DNA of 64,000 nucleotides from a virus. Positions 1 through 9,703 of this stretch are shown here, in pieces. Every line of letters begins with the position of its first letter. Position 1 is the stretch's first letter. The stretch is taken from the IMG/VR virus record IMGVR_UViG_3300029893_000002, one strand, 5' to 3'. The translations under genes were made by a program, and so were the position numbers. The notes beneath the pieces were generated by a model that had not been told where the DNA came from, made no database searches, and worked only from the letters and a program-made list of their open reading frames with translations.

Positions 1-1192
1 ACGCGTCCTCGTCCAACACCGGGGACTCAGGTGAGCGCATCACGGATTGATCTCTGTCCGCTAGCCGTGCGCGCCCGCAGTCCAGCGCCTCGACAAGCGC
101 CCGTGTCTCGATCGTGTGTGGGTCGCGATCCTCCAACTCCCCCACGCCGTCGAGCCATCCGAGCACGACGTCCTCGCGCGTGAATACGTCCTCCGCCTCG
201 CCGCACTCGGGGCATGCACGGTACGGCTCCACCTTCACCTCGGCATCGCTGGACCAGTAGGCACGTCCGCACTTGCCGCAGAACCACCGCTCTCGCGCGG
301 GCTGTGCCTCGGTGTCCCCGGCCAGAGCGCTCCGCACGTGGCCGTCGCAGCAGTAGGTCTCGTCGCCGTCGAGGAGGAAAACGTGGGTGGCCACCTCCTC
401 GCACCTCGGAAGGCGCCCCGAGATCCCGCACGAGCATTGGTGCGCGGGCCGCGTCTCGATCCTCCCGCTCCACACCGCGAGGGGTCGCTTGAGGCCGTGG
501 GCCACGCAGGACAGGAACGGCGAGCGCACCAGCACTTCGCAGTCCGGGTGGTCGCACTCGCGCGCGTCGTCGGGCTGTGCCTCGGTGTACTCCCCCCGGA
601 TCGTCCCCTCCACGCCCTCCATGCCGCGGGTCGCCCTGTCGAGGGCGTCCACTGCCGCGCGCGCCTCGCGATCGATCCTCTGCGCAGTCTCCGCGCCGAT
701 GGGTGCCGGTGCGGGGAGGTCGGCGATCTCGGTGCGCTCCCCGGGGGTGGGCTGTGCGACGGCGTAGCGATAGCCGGGATCGCCTGGGCCGCGAATGGGG
801 TGGCGGTTCTCCCGGTGGTAGCCGCGACGCTCCAGCTCGCGCAGCGCGCCTGGCGTGAATGGGGGCGAGTCCCGCTCCACTCCGGGGGCGGGCTGTGCCT
901 CGGTGTCCTCCCCGGGGGTGGTGGCGTTCAGCGCAGCGCACACCTTGCAGCCCTTTGGCAGCCCCGTGGCTTGATCGCAGGTGTGGTGGCCTAGCTCGCT
1001 GAGCGCTTCCCGTAGACGCGCGCTCTCACGTTCCGCCCATTCGCGCCGCGTAGCCTGTGAAAACACCAGGGCCCACAGTGACTCGCCGTCGCGCGCGCCG
1101 AAGTCTCGGAGAACCGACTCCACCTCCCGACGCAGCGCGTCGCATTCCAGCGCGGACAGCCGCGAGGTGTCCTCCCCCGGGGTGTCGCTCAC
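1..1192 (-). CDS. Hypothetical protein with repeated PGEDT/TEAQP linkers and CxxC motifs (runs off window edge)
   Basis: Manual translation from GTG at 1192 (GTGA overlap with upstream stop) stays open to base 1; absent from the ORF track because there is no stop in the window. Confidence 0.7.
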   Translation of the reverse strand, partial: MSDTPGEDTSRLSALECDALRREVESVLRDFGARDGESLWALVFSQATRREWAERESARLREALSELGHHTCDQATGLPKGCKVCAALNATTPGEDTEAQPAPGVERDSPPFTPGALRELERRGYHRENRHPIRGPGDPGYRYAVAQPTPGERTEIADLPAPAPIGAETAQRIDREARAAVDALDRATRGMEGVEGTIRGEYTEAQPDDARECDHPDCEVLVRSPFLSCVAHGLKRPLAVWSGRIETRPAHQCSCGISGRLPRCEEVATHVFLLDGDETYCCDGHVRSALAGDTEAQPARERWFCGKCGRAYWSSDAEVKVEPYRACPECGEAEDVFTREDVVLGWLDGVGELEDRDPHTIETRALVEALDCGRARLADRDQSVMRSPESPVLDEDA

Positions 1193-1716
1193 CGCGCCTC
1201 CCATCGGACGGGCGCCAACCCGTTCTCGTCGCGAAACGCGACGACGTCAGTGCGTGGCGCGAGCGCCTCGCTCCGAACGTGCCTGACCACCAGCGCCATC
1301 ACATCCTCGCGCCGGTAAGCGACATCCGTCTTACGGTTGCTGGTGATCTCGCGCGCCTCGGCCTCGTCATAGAGACCGGCCTTGGTGAGGTCGCAGGTGT
1401 AGCCACCGCGATCGGGGCACCACCAGACGGCGCAGTTGCCGACGACGCTCCGCGTGTCCTGGATGTAGAAGAGCGGCGCGCTGTCCTCGTCTCGGTGCCA
1501 CTTGAGATTGTTGAGCGCGATCGCGGCTGCCCAGTCCCTCCATTCGACCGGGTCGAAGCCGTCGGAGGACGGCTCCGGCTCGGGGTCGAGGGCTCTCAAG
1601 AGGTCCCGCACCGACTGCCGAAAGTCCATCTTGGCTCCCTCGAGCCGCTTGACGTAGCGCACGACGGCGGGGGGTGCCTTCTCGAGCCACTGCTGCACTT
1701 CATCGGGACGCTGCAC
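1189..1716 (-). CDS. Hypothetical phage protein with YIQD..GN..WW..GYT domain
   Basis: Coupled to neighbours; domain shared with next gene. Confidence 0.75.
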   Translation of the reverse strand: MQRPDEVQQWLEKAPPAVVRYVKRLEGAKMDFRQSVRDLLRALDPEPEPSSDGFDPVEWRDWAAAIALNNLKWHRDEDSAPLFYIQDTRSVVGNCAVWWCPDRGGYTCDLTKAGLYDEAEAREITSNRKTDVAYRREDVMALVVRHVRSEALAPRTDVVAFRDENGLAPVRWEAR

Positions 1717-2296
1717 TCGGGCCCTCCTTCGGAATGAGTGCGTCGGCCTCTTCGAGGTCGACGTGAAGCCTGGCGGCGCGCTCTACCACCTCCTGCGGGT
1801 AGGCGATGTCCCGGCGATCGGAAGACGGGGCGTCGCAGATCTTCTGTGCCTGCTCGGCGGTGTAGAGACCCGCCTCCCGGACGTCCGTCGTGTACCCGCT
1901 GCGTTCAGGCTTCCACCAGAGCGCGCAGTTGCCGTCCACGCGTCTTCCGTCGCGGATGTAGAAGCGCGACGGCACGGGCTGCGCGGAACGAGCGCCATCA
2001 GACGTTGCCCCGCACACGGGCACCGAAACGCCATTCACGAACACATGGTCCCTCGTGAAGACGATCGCGAGCGAGTAGGTCTTGCCCAGGGCGTGCTCTC
2101 CCCCCCGCTCCCCCTCGCAGTCGAAGAGCCCCGCCTCCTCCACGGCATGGCAGAGCCCCGCGTGCTCTTCGAGCTCGCCACGGTGCATGCGCATGACGGC
2201 GTCGACGGCCATGTCCAGGACCTCGCCCAACGCGGACGCGCTACTGCCATCGGGCAGATTCGACAGGACCTCGCGGAGCCGCTGCTTGTTGCTCAC
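1700..2296 (-). CDS. Hypothetical phage protein with YIRD..GN..WW..GYT domain
   Basis: GTG start with GGAGG upstream; paralogous domain to 1189..1716. Confidence 0.75.
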   Translation of the reverse strand: MSNKQRLREVLSNLPDGSSASALGEVLDMAVDAVMRMHRGELEEHAGLCHAVEEAGLFDCEGERGGEHALGKTYSLAIVFTRDHVFVNGVSVPVCGATSDGARSAQPVPSRFYIRDGRRVDGNCALWWKPERSGYTTDVREAGLYTAEQAQKICDAPSSDRRDIAYPQEVVERAARLHVDLEEADALIPKEGPSAASR

Positions 2297-2318
2297 CTGC
2301 GCTCCCTCCTCCGGCGCC

Positions 2319-2501
2319 CTAGCCGCCATCGTTGTCTCCCCATTCGATCTGATCGGCGAGCCGTCCGAGTGCCTCGATCACGCGTGACTGGCAGTCCGTG
2401 TTCTCCGTGGCCTCGACGACGGCCTGAACGGCCGAGCCGCGCAAGACGCGCGCGGCGAAGTCGCGCTGCTGCTGGCTCGGCTTGCGGCGGCGCTGCGTCA
2501 C
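2319..2501 (-). CDS. Small hypothetical protein
   Basis: GTGA overlap with upstream stop at 2498. Confidence 0.5.
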   Translation of the reverse strand: MTQRRRKPSQQQRDFAARVLRGSAVQAVVEATENTDCQSRVIEALGRLADQIEWGDNDGG

Positions 2502-3034
2502 GCGGGGCTCCAGAAGTAGAGCGAGACGAGGCTCCGCCGATAGTCCGCCGTCGTTTCGTACGTGTTGGCCATGGACGCAAGCTCTATCCCGAAATGGGGT
2601 GGCCACTGCACGTCCACCACAGCGACGGGTTCAAGGAGGACGCCCCCTGGATATCTGGCCCTCCGATCCGGCGACCGATCGATCGACGGGAAGCGGAGGC
2701 CCCAGCCGCGGGGCCGAATGCGCGGGCGCGGGTGGTCGAGCGCACGACCCGTCTCCGCGACGGCGACCGCGATGCGCGCCAGCTCCGCCGGCCCCTCGCG
2801 CCGCACGTATCGCTCGAGCCTGGGCCGCAGGTTGGCGAGTGCCTCGTCGGGCGTGTCGCCCTCGGCCGAGAGGTCGGGGCCGTAGACCTTGGCGATCCAC
2901 ACGGGGCGCCCAGAGGCCGCGACCAGGGGCCCGTCATCCGCCACGCCGGCGAAGTCGAGCGAGGGGTACAGCTGGACGCGCAGCCCTTCCCACCGCACGT
3001 AGAACGACCGCCGTCGCCACTTCCTCCCCTTCAT
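2498..3034 (-). CDS. Hypothetical protein with HicB-like motif (SAEGDTPDEALANL)
   Basis: ATG at 3034; motif resembles the HicB-family G-x-T-x-x-E-A segment. Confidence 0.55.
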   Translation of the reverse strand: MKGRKWRRRSFYVRWEGLRVQLYPSLDFAGVADDGPLVAASGRPVWIAKVYGPDLSAEGDTPDEALANLRPRLERYVRREGPAELARIAVAVAETGRALDHPRPRIRPRGWGLRFPSIDRSPDRRARYPGGVLLEPVAVVDVQWPPHFGIELASMANTYETTADYRRSLVSLYFWSPA

Positions 3035-3063
3035 AACCCCTGGTGTTTCCTGGCGTTTTTGCA

Positions 3064-3138
3064 TTCCGATAAGGAACGTTATCGGAAGTCCACGCCTGTA
3101 GACGGCTGTAGATAGCAGTGGACAGGACGGCCCGTCAA
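3064..3138. promoter_or_regulatory. Divergent control region: inverted repeat TTCCGATAA-N6-TTATCGGAA and minus-strand sigma70-like promoter (TTGACG-N18-TATCTA with TG extension)
   Basis: Lies between divergent gene blocks; motifs read directly. Confidence 0.45.
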
Positions 3139-3183
3139 GGGGTAGGTTCCCCACCGTCCGGCCGACGCCGGCGGAGGGGATCG

Positions 3184-3531
3184 GTGACCACAGGCGAGCT
3201 CGAGGAGCGCCGGCCGCGCCGGCGGGGACGAGACCGGGAGCGGCTGCGGCCTTTCGCCCAGCCTGGATCCGAGCAGCGGTGCCCCGCCTGCGCCCACCAC
3301 GCGCAGCACCCGGCCCGCTATCGCGCTGCCGGATTCAGCCCCTATGAGCGCCGGCCGCACTTCAAGTACACGTGCGTCGCGTGCGGCGCCAGCTGGCGGA
3401 CGCGTACCTGGGACGCCGAAACGCGCAGGCGCGAGCTCAACGCCGCCCTGGTCATGCTCGCGATGCTGATCCTCTTCGCGTTCCTGCTCGTAGCCGCTGT
3501 CGTCGCGGCACACGAGGGCGCCAGCGTATGA
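3184..3531 (+). CDS. Zn-ribbon protein with C-terminal TM helix
   Basis: CPAC...CVACG and hydrophobic C-terminus; GTG start with GGAGG. Confidence 0.65.
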   Translation: MTTGELEERRPRRRGRDRERLRPFAQPGSEQRCPACAHHAQHPARYRAAGFSPYERRPHFKYTCVACGASWRTRTWDAETRRRELNAALVMLAMLILFAFLLVAAVVAAHEGASV

Positions 3532-4010
3532 GCAGCGAAACGATCACCTACTACACGTGCGATACGTGCGGCGCGTGCGAGCCCGGTTCCGCTGCTGGTC
3601 TCCCGTGCGGCTGGGACTACCGATCGCCAGCTGCCGTCCGTCACGACCTCTGTGAGCGATGCGCCGAGACAGATCCGTTGGCAGAGTTCCTTGGTCAGCC
3701 CTGCCACTGCTGCGGCAAGTCCCGTCGCAATCTCGTCTCGATCGGCGTGCCACCGGTCGTCCCGCGCGGCGCCAGCGAGCGTGAAGCACCCACCGTTGAG
3801 CCCGAGGTGAAGGAGATCCGCGGATGCTTCGAGTGCCCCATGTTCGTCCCGTTCGGCACTCGAGGCGGCCCGGGGATGTGCTCACACTGGGGATCGCCTC
3901 AGGCTCAGGCTGTTCTCGGGCCAGAGGCTCCGTCGGTATTCCCGGAATGGTGCCCGATGAAGAAGCGTCCGTTGCTGTACAGGATTGCTGAGGTCATGAG
4001 CGATGACTAA
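3528..4010 (+). CDS. Cys-rich hypothetical protein
   Basis: ATGA coupling; several CxxC pairs. Confidence 0.7.
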   Translation: MSSETITYYTCDTCGACEPGSAAGLPCGWDYRSPAAVRHDLCERCAETDPLAEFLGQPCHCCGKSRRNLVSIGVPPVVPRGASEREAPTVEPEVKEIRGCFECPMFVPFGTRGGPGMCSHWGSPQAQAVLGPEAPSVFPEWCPMKKRPLLYRIAEVMSDD

Positions 4011-4329
4011 GTCGAAGACGCTTGCGCCGCTCGAGGCGTGGGATGCGTTCGGTGACGGGAGTTGGTTCACCATCCTACGAGAGGATGGGAGCCGTCTCAC
4101 GGGGGCGAGCATCGAGGGATCGGCCGACGACATGCACCGGCTCGCCGAGGCGATCCGAGAGCGCGACAGCTTTGCAGAAAGGCGGTGCGCCATCCGTTTC
4201 TGCAAGGACCATTTCGAGATGTGGTCCCCTCGCAACCACGCGAGCGATACTTATCCGCACGTGACGATTGCCGAAGCGGATACGCTCGCGGATTACATCG
4301 AGCGGCACGTGCCAAGGGGTAACGCGTGA
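4003..4329 (+). CDS. Hypothetical protein
   Basis: Overlapping start/stop with both neighbours. Confidence 0.7.
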   Translation: MTKSKTLAPLEAWDAFGDGSWFTILREDGSRLTGASIEGSADDMHRLAEAIRERDSFAERRCAIRFCKDHFEMWSPRNHASDTYPHVTIAEADTLADYIERHVPRGNA

Positions 4330-4955
4330 ACGACATCGTCCGACCCATTACGCCCGATGGGCTCGTTGGGTACGACCAGTTCGGGCAACTGATCGCCAAG
4401 CGGGCGGGTCCGCGCGTTACGTCCCTGCACATGATCGCTGACGTGCGCCGCCTCACGTGCGCGATCTGCGAGCGTGGCTGGGAACCCTCCGCCGAGTCGA
4501 TGCTCAACCAGGTGCCGTGGCACGCCGTCAACAACGACATCGTTCACGAGACCTGTCTCGTGCGCCACTGCGCGCTCGTGGAGCGCACGGAGTTTCGTTA
4601 CGCACTGATCGACGCGCGCGTGAGGTTTCGCCGGCTCGAGCCCGAACCCAACCGGTACTACCCAGAGGGCGATCCGTGGGCCAAGAAGCCCTGGTACAGC
4701 GCCGAGCTCACGGAGCACCCGGCCAGGTTTTTCATCGGGTGGCGCAAGCGCGTCGTTCACGTCGAGCTCCAGGCCGAGGGCGGCGTTCCGTTCGACTGGT
4801 GGGAGAGGGCGGAGCAGGCGTTCGCAGAGGAGAGCGTCACCAAGGCATTCGGTGAAGAGCGAGTCTTCCTCCACGCCTACGGTATGAACAGGGTGCGCGA
4901 GTACGCCGCGCGGCTCACAGAGATCGCCGGCTACCAGTACAAGGACGGCGTATGA
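4326..4955 (+). CDS. Hypothetical protein
   Basis: GTGA/ATGA coupling. Confidence 0.75.
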   Translation: MNDIVRPITPDGLVGYDQFGQLIAKRAGPRVTSLHMIADVRRLTCAICERGWEPSAESMLNQVPWHAVNNDIVHETCLVRHCALVERTEFRYALIDARVRFRRLEPEPNRYYPEGDPWAKKPWYSAELTEHPARFFIGWRKRVVHVELQAEGGVPFDWWERAEQAFAEESVTKAFGEERVFLHAYGMNRVREYAARLTEIAGYQYKDGV

Positions 4956-5536
4956 CCACGATCGAGTGGGAACGGGCCCGCGCGGACCGCGCGGAGCTAC
5001 GGCTGCAAATGCTGCTCGATGCCCTCGGCGACCGCCCATCAGACGGGTGCCGTGAGTGCAGGGTAGGCGCTCGGATCGTGTGCGTCCGCCATTGTGGCGG
5101 CCATGCGATCCCGCGCGACCGACCGCTGCCCTACCTGCTCGCTCTTCCCCTCGGTCCACCTGATCGCGACGAGGACGCGTTGCAGGCGCTCCTGGGCGCG
5201 GCCGAGGATCCCGAGTGCAGATCGGCGACCTTCACTCACTCGCAGGTCACTGGCATCGCCGGCGAGCTGCTGCGGCAACGGCGGGAGGCGCTGCGTGCGC
5301 GCGAGGCGGTTGTGGCCGTGCGGGGACTCGAGCAGGGGGCTTGGGACCTGCGGTCGATCCTGGTGCGACTTGCCGACGCCGCCGATCACCTGCTGGAGGT
5401 TCATTCCTGCGACGTCCACGGCCATGAAGGCATTGCCTACGCCCGGGACGCCGCGCGCAAGCTCCTGAGGGAGGTGCTCGAAAACCCAGACGGTCCGCTC
5501 GCGGCGACCGTGCGTGATGGGAGGCGTGATGGCTGA
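4952..5536 (+). CDS. Hypothetical protein
   Basis: ATGA coupling. Confidence 0.7.
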   Translation: MTTIEWERARADRAELRLQMLLDALGDRPSDGCRECRVGARIVCVRHCGGHAIPRDRPLPYLLALPLGPPDRDEDALQALLGAAEDPECRSATFTHSQVTGIAGELLRQRREALRAREAVVAVRGLEQGAWDLRSILVRLADAADHLLEVHSCDVHGHEGIAYARDAARKLLREVLENPDGPLAATVRDGRRDG

Positions 5537-6002
5537 GATCGACGAGTCCCAAGCGGCGGCCGCGCTCCGCAGGGTTCAGAGCTTCCTCGGAGCGAGGCAG
5601 TCCGTGGATACCATCCAGGACAACGAGCTCGCATCCGTATGGGGCGGCGATGATGATGAGTGGATCACCCTCACGGAAGACGATCTCGACCTGGTCGCCG
5701 CATTGGCGGATTCGATGCGTGCCGAGCGTTCCGTGTGGAAGGAGCGCTGTCTGCGCGCCGAGCGGACATTCGGCCGTCTCGCGCAGGCCTTGGCGGCGCA
5801 CCAGAGCAACGTGCTCGAGATGATCCGTACCGCGTTCTCGGACCCGAGGCGCCTTGCGACCCACACCCACGCGGCATCGTGCTGGGATCGCTACACGCCG
5901 TGCGGTGAGCACCACGTCCACGACTACAACTGCGGAGGCGGCCGTCTGCGCTCCAGCTGCCCCGATTACTGGGAACGCCTCTTCGTCCCCGACGTCCCAT
6001 GA
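5529..6002 (+). CDS. Hypothetical protein
   Basis: ATG with GGAGG upstream; coupled to next gene. Confidence 0.7.
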   Translation: MAEIDESQAAAALRRVQSFLGARQSVDTIQDNELASVWGGDDDEWITLTEDDLDLVAALADSMRAERSVWKERCLRAERTFGRLAQALAAHQSNVLEMIRTAFSDPRRLATHTHAASCWDRYTPCGEHHVHDYNCGGGRLRSSCPDYWERLFVPDVP

Positions 6003-6265
6003 GCCACCTCTTGCACAGCTCCGAACGCGTGGGCGCGCGCCCGGTCGGCAGGCCCTATGCCGCGGTGCTCGCAGAGAAGCGCGGTGACGCTCTCCAGGTC
6101 GTTGACCGCGTCGTGCTGATCAAGCCAGATGCGCAGGTCGTTCGACTCCCCGATCGCATCCGGATATTGTCGGGCGACAGCCCGATCGAACCCACCTGGG
6201 GCTTCTGGATCAGCGTCGAGACGATGGACCCCTACCACGCCATTCTCGATTGGGACGGGTCGTGA
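5999..6265 (+). CDS. Hypothetical protein
   Basis: ATGA/GTGA coupling. Confidence 0.6.
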   Translation: MSHLLHSSERVGARPVGRPYAAVLAEKRGDALQVVDRVVLIKPDAQVVRLPDRIRILSGDSPIEPTWGFWISVETMDPYHAILDWDGS

Positions 6266-7395
6266 GAGCTGTCGACCTCATCCCCGGCCGCTGCCGGGTC
6301 TATCTCGGCGACTGCCGAGATGCCCTTCGGCGGATGGAGGCCGACTCGGTCCAGACGGTCGTCACCTCGCCGCCCTACTGGAATCTCCGCGACTATGGGT
6401 GGCACGGGGGCGATCCCGCCTGCTCACACGCGGCGGTGGAGGGCCGGTGCGCCGAGTGCGGGGCCGAGCGGCTCGACTGCCAGATCGGGCTCGAGGCGAC
6501 GCCGTACGAGTACGTGGACGCCCTCGTCGACGTGTTCCGCGAGGTCAGGCGGGTGCTTCGCCCCGACGGGACGCTATGGCTGAACCTCGGCGACACCTTC
6601 ATGGGAGGGATGACCGGCGGGAGCGGCGAGCGCAGCCAGATCACCTCCCAGCGCAATCACGCCGCCGTGCGGGCATCGCAGGCCGCTCGAGGAGGTCCGC
6701 GGCACCGGCGCGCCCCCGGCCTCAAGCGCAAGGACCTCGTCGGCATTCCGTGGCGCGTCGCGCTGGCGCTCCAGGCGGATGGTTGGTGGCTTCGGATGGA
6801 CACGATCTGGCACAAGCCGAACCCGATGCCCGAGTCGGTCCGCGACCGTCCCTCGCGCTGCCACGAGTACCTCTTCCTGCTGACCAAGTCGCCGACGTAC
6901 TACTACGACCACGACGCGATCCGGACCGATCTCGCGCCGAAGACGGCGACGGCGTACGGCACCACCCGTCGGAGCAAGGGGACCGATGCGCTCGGGAAGG
7001 TCGCATCGCACAACATCTCGAGGGACATCCCGGAGCGCCGTCCGGCGCTCGACGCGGACGGTAACCCCAAGGGCGCCAACCGGAGGTCGGTCTGGAGGCT
7101 CGACGAGGTCGATGTCCCGTCGGTCATGACGATCGCGCAGGAGCCCTACCCTCACTCGCATTTTGCGACCTTCCCGTCCGCGCTCGTCGAGCCGTGTGTG
7201 CTCGCGGGCGCGCCCGCGGGCGGGCTCGTACTCGATCCGTTCGTCGGCAGCGGCACCGCTCTCGAGGTGTCGGTCCGGCTCGGCCGTCGCGCCTACGGAA
7301 TCGAGTCGAATCCCGACTACCTCCGGCTCATCGAAATGCGGCTCGACGGCATCCAGCTGCCGCTCGTCGCACCTGGACTCGTGGACGCCAGCTGA
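6262..7395 (+). CDS. DNA N4-C/N6-A methyltransferase, beta class (copy 1)
   Basis: VVTSPPY catalytic motif, WLNLGD, WHKPNPMPESVRDR, HFATFP, LDPFVGSGT SAM motif. Confidence 0.93.
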   Translation: MRAVDLIPGRCRVYLGDCRDALRRMEADSVQTVVTSPPYWNLRDYGWHGGDPACSHAAVEGRCAECGAERLDCQIGLEATPYEYVDALVDVFREVRRVLRPDGTLWLNLGDTFMGGMTGGSGERSQITSQRNHAAVRASQAARGGPRHRRAPGLKRKDLVGIPWRVALALQADGWWLRMDTIWHKPNPMPESVRDRPSRCHEYLFLLTKSPTYYYDHDAIRTDLAPKTATAYGTTRRSKGTDALGKVASHNISRDIPERRPALDADGNPKGANRRSVWRLDEVDVPSVMTIAQEPYPHSHFATFPSALVEPCVLAGAPAGGLVLDPFVGSGTALEVSVRLGRRAYGIESNPDYLRLIEMRLDGIQLPLVAPGLVDAS

Positions 7396-8549
7396 TGACA
7401 GACGTGGTCGATCTCGTCCGCGGCCGCTGCCGCGTGTACTTCGGCGACTGCCGCATGATGCTCCGCGAGCTCGAGGCGGAATCGGTCCACACCGTCGTGA
7501 CGTCGCCGCCGTACTGGAACCTCCGCGACTACGGAACCGGCACGTGGGAGGGCGGCGATCAGGACTGCAACCACACCCACAAGAACATGCGACCGGACCA
7601 CACGGGCACGACGATGCTCGGTCGCGGCAAACAGAAGGCCTCCGCGAACGCCGTCTCTCCGATGAGAGCGACCTGCTCGAGGTGCGGGGCGAAGCGCATC
7701 GACTGCCAGATCGGGCTCGAGGAGACGCCGGACGAGTACGTCGCCACCATGGTCGAGGTGTTCCGGGAGGTGCGGCGCGTCCTGCGGCCCGATGGGACGC
7801 TCTGGCTGAACATCGGCGACTCCTACGCGCACGGCGGCTGCGGGTCGCGAGACGCCGACCGGTGGCCCAAGCAGAGCCGTAACGACCACATGCCCACCCA
7901 CCCCAAGCGCGCTGCTGGGCTGCCTCGAAAGAGCCTGATCGGCATCCCCTGGCGCGTCGCGCTCGCGCTCCAGGCGGACGGGTGGATTCTCCGGATGGAC
8001 AACATTTGGCACAAGCCGAGCCCGATGCCCGAGTCGGTGAAGGACCGTCCCTCGCGCGCCCACGAGTACCTGTTCCTGTTCTCGAAGTCGCGACACTACT
8101 ACTTCGACATCGACGCGATCCGGGTGCCCCAGAAGTCCCGCGGCGAGCGCCATGAAGGCAGGAGCGGCTACCGCGAGGGTCACCCGTCGAAGGGTGGGAT
8201 CCGCGAGCGCGCCCTCCATCCGCGGGGGGCCAATGCCAAGTCGGTCTGGCGGCTCGAGGAGATCGAGGTGCCCTCGGTGTTCACGATCGCCCAGGAGCCC
8301 TATCCGCATTCGCACTTCGCGACCTTTCCATCCGCACTCGTCGAGCCGTGCGTGCTCGCGGGCGCTCCTGTCGGCGGCCGCGTGCTCGATCCGTTCGTCG
8401 GGAGCGGGACGGCGCTCGAGGTCTCGCTCCGGCTCGGCCGACACGCGTACGGCATCGAGGCCAACCGCGAGTACCTACGGCTCATCGAGATGCGACTCGA
8501 TGGGCTACAGCTTCCGCTGCTGGCCCCCGGTATCGTGGACGCCAGTTGA
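7395..8549 (+). CDS. DNA N4-C/N6-A methyltransferase, beta class (copy 2)
   Basis: Same motif set; TGATG overlap with copy 1. Confidence 0.93.
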   Translation: MTDVVDLVRGRCRVYFGDCRMMLRELEAESVHTVVTSPPYWNLRDYGTGTWEGGDQDCNHTHKNMRPDHTGTTMLGRGKQKASANAVSPMRATCSRCGAKRIDCQIGLEETPDEYVATMVEVFREVRRVLRPDGTLWLNIGDSYAHGGCGSRDADRWPKQSRNDHMPTHPKRAAGLPRKSLIGIPWRVALALQADGWILRMDNIWHKPSPMPESVKDRPSRAHEYLFLFSKSRHYYFDIDAIRVPQKSRGERHEGRSGYREGHPSKGGIRERALHPRGANAKSVWRLEEIEVPSVFTIAQEPYPHSHFATFPSALVEPCVLAGAPVGGRVLDPFVGSGTALEVSLRLGRHAYGIEANREYLRLIEMRLDGLQLPLLAPGIVDAS

Positions 8550-8565
8550 AAGGGGTAGAGGAGAA

Positions 8566-8853
8566 ATGGCACAGATCGAAGTCGAGCTGCACAAGCTCAA
8601 GTTTCGTGGAGAGCTCAAGACGCGGAGCGGGCGAGTGCTCGACTGCGCTACCGACGACGTGCTTGCGTTTCTGCGCGAAGCACAGATCGATGTACGGGTG
8701 AACGGAAAGGTCGTCGGGACGCTCGCCTACGACGGTCACGCACGGTTCGTGGCCACGAACCAGACCGTCCGAAACCGGCGTGTCCAGGCGGCCAAGGACC
8801 GACGGCGCAAGATCGCGAAGGTGAAGGCCGCAGCGAGGGCGCGCCGTGCCTGA
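8566..8853 (+). CDS. Basic hypothetical protein
   Basis: ATG with GAGGAG upstream. Confidence 0.7.
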   Translation: MAQIEVELHKLKFRGELKTRSGRVLDCATDDVLAFLREAQIDVRVNGKVVGTLAYDGHARFVATNQTVRNRRVQAAKDRRRKIAKVKAAARARRA

Positions 8854-9385
8854 TCTGAGCACGACTCTCGACGAAGTCAGGCGTCTTCACAGGGAGATCC
8901 ACGGCCTCTGGACACTCGTATGCAAGGAGGATGACGAGGCCACGCCCATCTCCGACATGAACGGCGTGTCCCTCGTTGATCTTGTCGGCTCGGCTTCGCT
9001 GATGCTGGAGCAGCTCGGTCGCGAGATCGAGCGAGGCAGGGAAGAGGTGCGCCTCGCGCTAAGGGACGGCCACGACTCCACGTTCGTCTATGTGGGAAGA
9101 CGTCCGGTCCCCGGATCCCAGAGCGCGTCGAAGTACCGCCTTCGTCACGCGCCCGACGAGGGACTGGTCGAGGCTGTTGATCTTGACTCGATGCAGACCG
9201 TTCTCGTGGCTGGTCCCTCGCGCAGTACGTGGCCTTCGAGCGCCATCATGTATGAGCTGCTTGCATCCCTGGTCACGGAGCTCAGAGACGCGCGCAACGA
9301 GGCGCTCCGCTACGGCGACCGCGTCAAGGAACACGAACGGCGCCTCGGTCGCATCCGTGGCATCGCGGAGGGGCTCGATGGCTGA
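8846..9385 (+). CDS. Hypothetical protein
   Basis: Overlap coupling with neighbours. Confidence 0.7.
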   Translation: MPDLSTTLDEVRRLHREIHGLWTLVCKEDDEATPISDMNGVSLVDLVGSASLMLEQLGREIERGREEVRLALRDGHDSTFVYVGRRPVPGSQSASKYRLRHAPDEGLVEAVDLDSMQTVLVAGPSRSTWPSSAIMYELLASLVTELRDARNEALRYGDRVKEHERRLGRIRGIAEGLDG

Positions 9386-9689
9386 CACGCGCAAGGAGCT
9401 CGTCGAGGACCTCCGGCGGAAGCCTCCCTCCGACGACCGAGACAAGCTCATCAACATGGCCCGGCGCGGGGAGTTCCACGACTACAAGTCCGAGCGTTTC
9501 GACCAGCCGAAGGTCGAGCTCCACCGGCGGCTCCTCAAGGCGGGCTACTGCGACCTGGCTGCCAAGGTCGTCGCCGGCGACTACGACGATGCCGCGGACG
9601 AGATCGACAAGGAGAGGATGCGATCCTGGGACCCGGGACTCTACGATAAGCTGCATCCAGAGGACGCGCGTCGGCGCGGGAAGGCGTAG
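9378..9689 (+). CDS. Hypothetical protein
   Basis: ATG with GGAGG upstream. Confidence 0.7.
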   Translation: MADTRKELVEDLRRKPPSDDRDKLINMARRGEFHDYKSERFDQPKVELHRRLLKAGYCDLAAKVVAGDYDDAADEIDKERMRSWDPGLYDKLHPEDARRRGKA

Positions 9690-9703
9690 AGAGGAGGGAC
9701 CGG

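Noticed and set aside
27-994. Track ORFs 27..941 (-) and 116..994 (+)
   Set aside because: Shadow frames; the coupled, repeat-bearing frame is 1192 down to the window edge.
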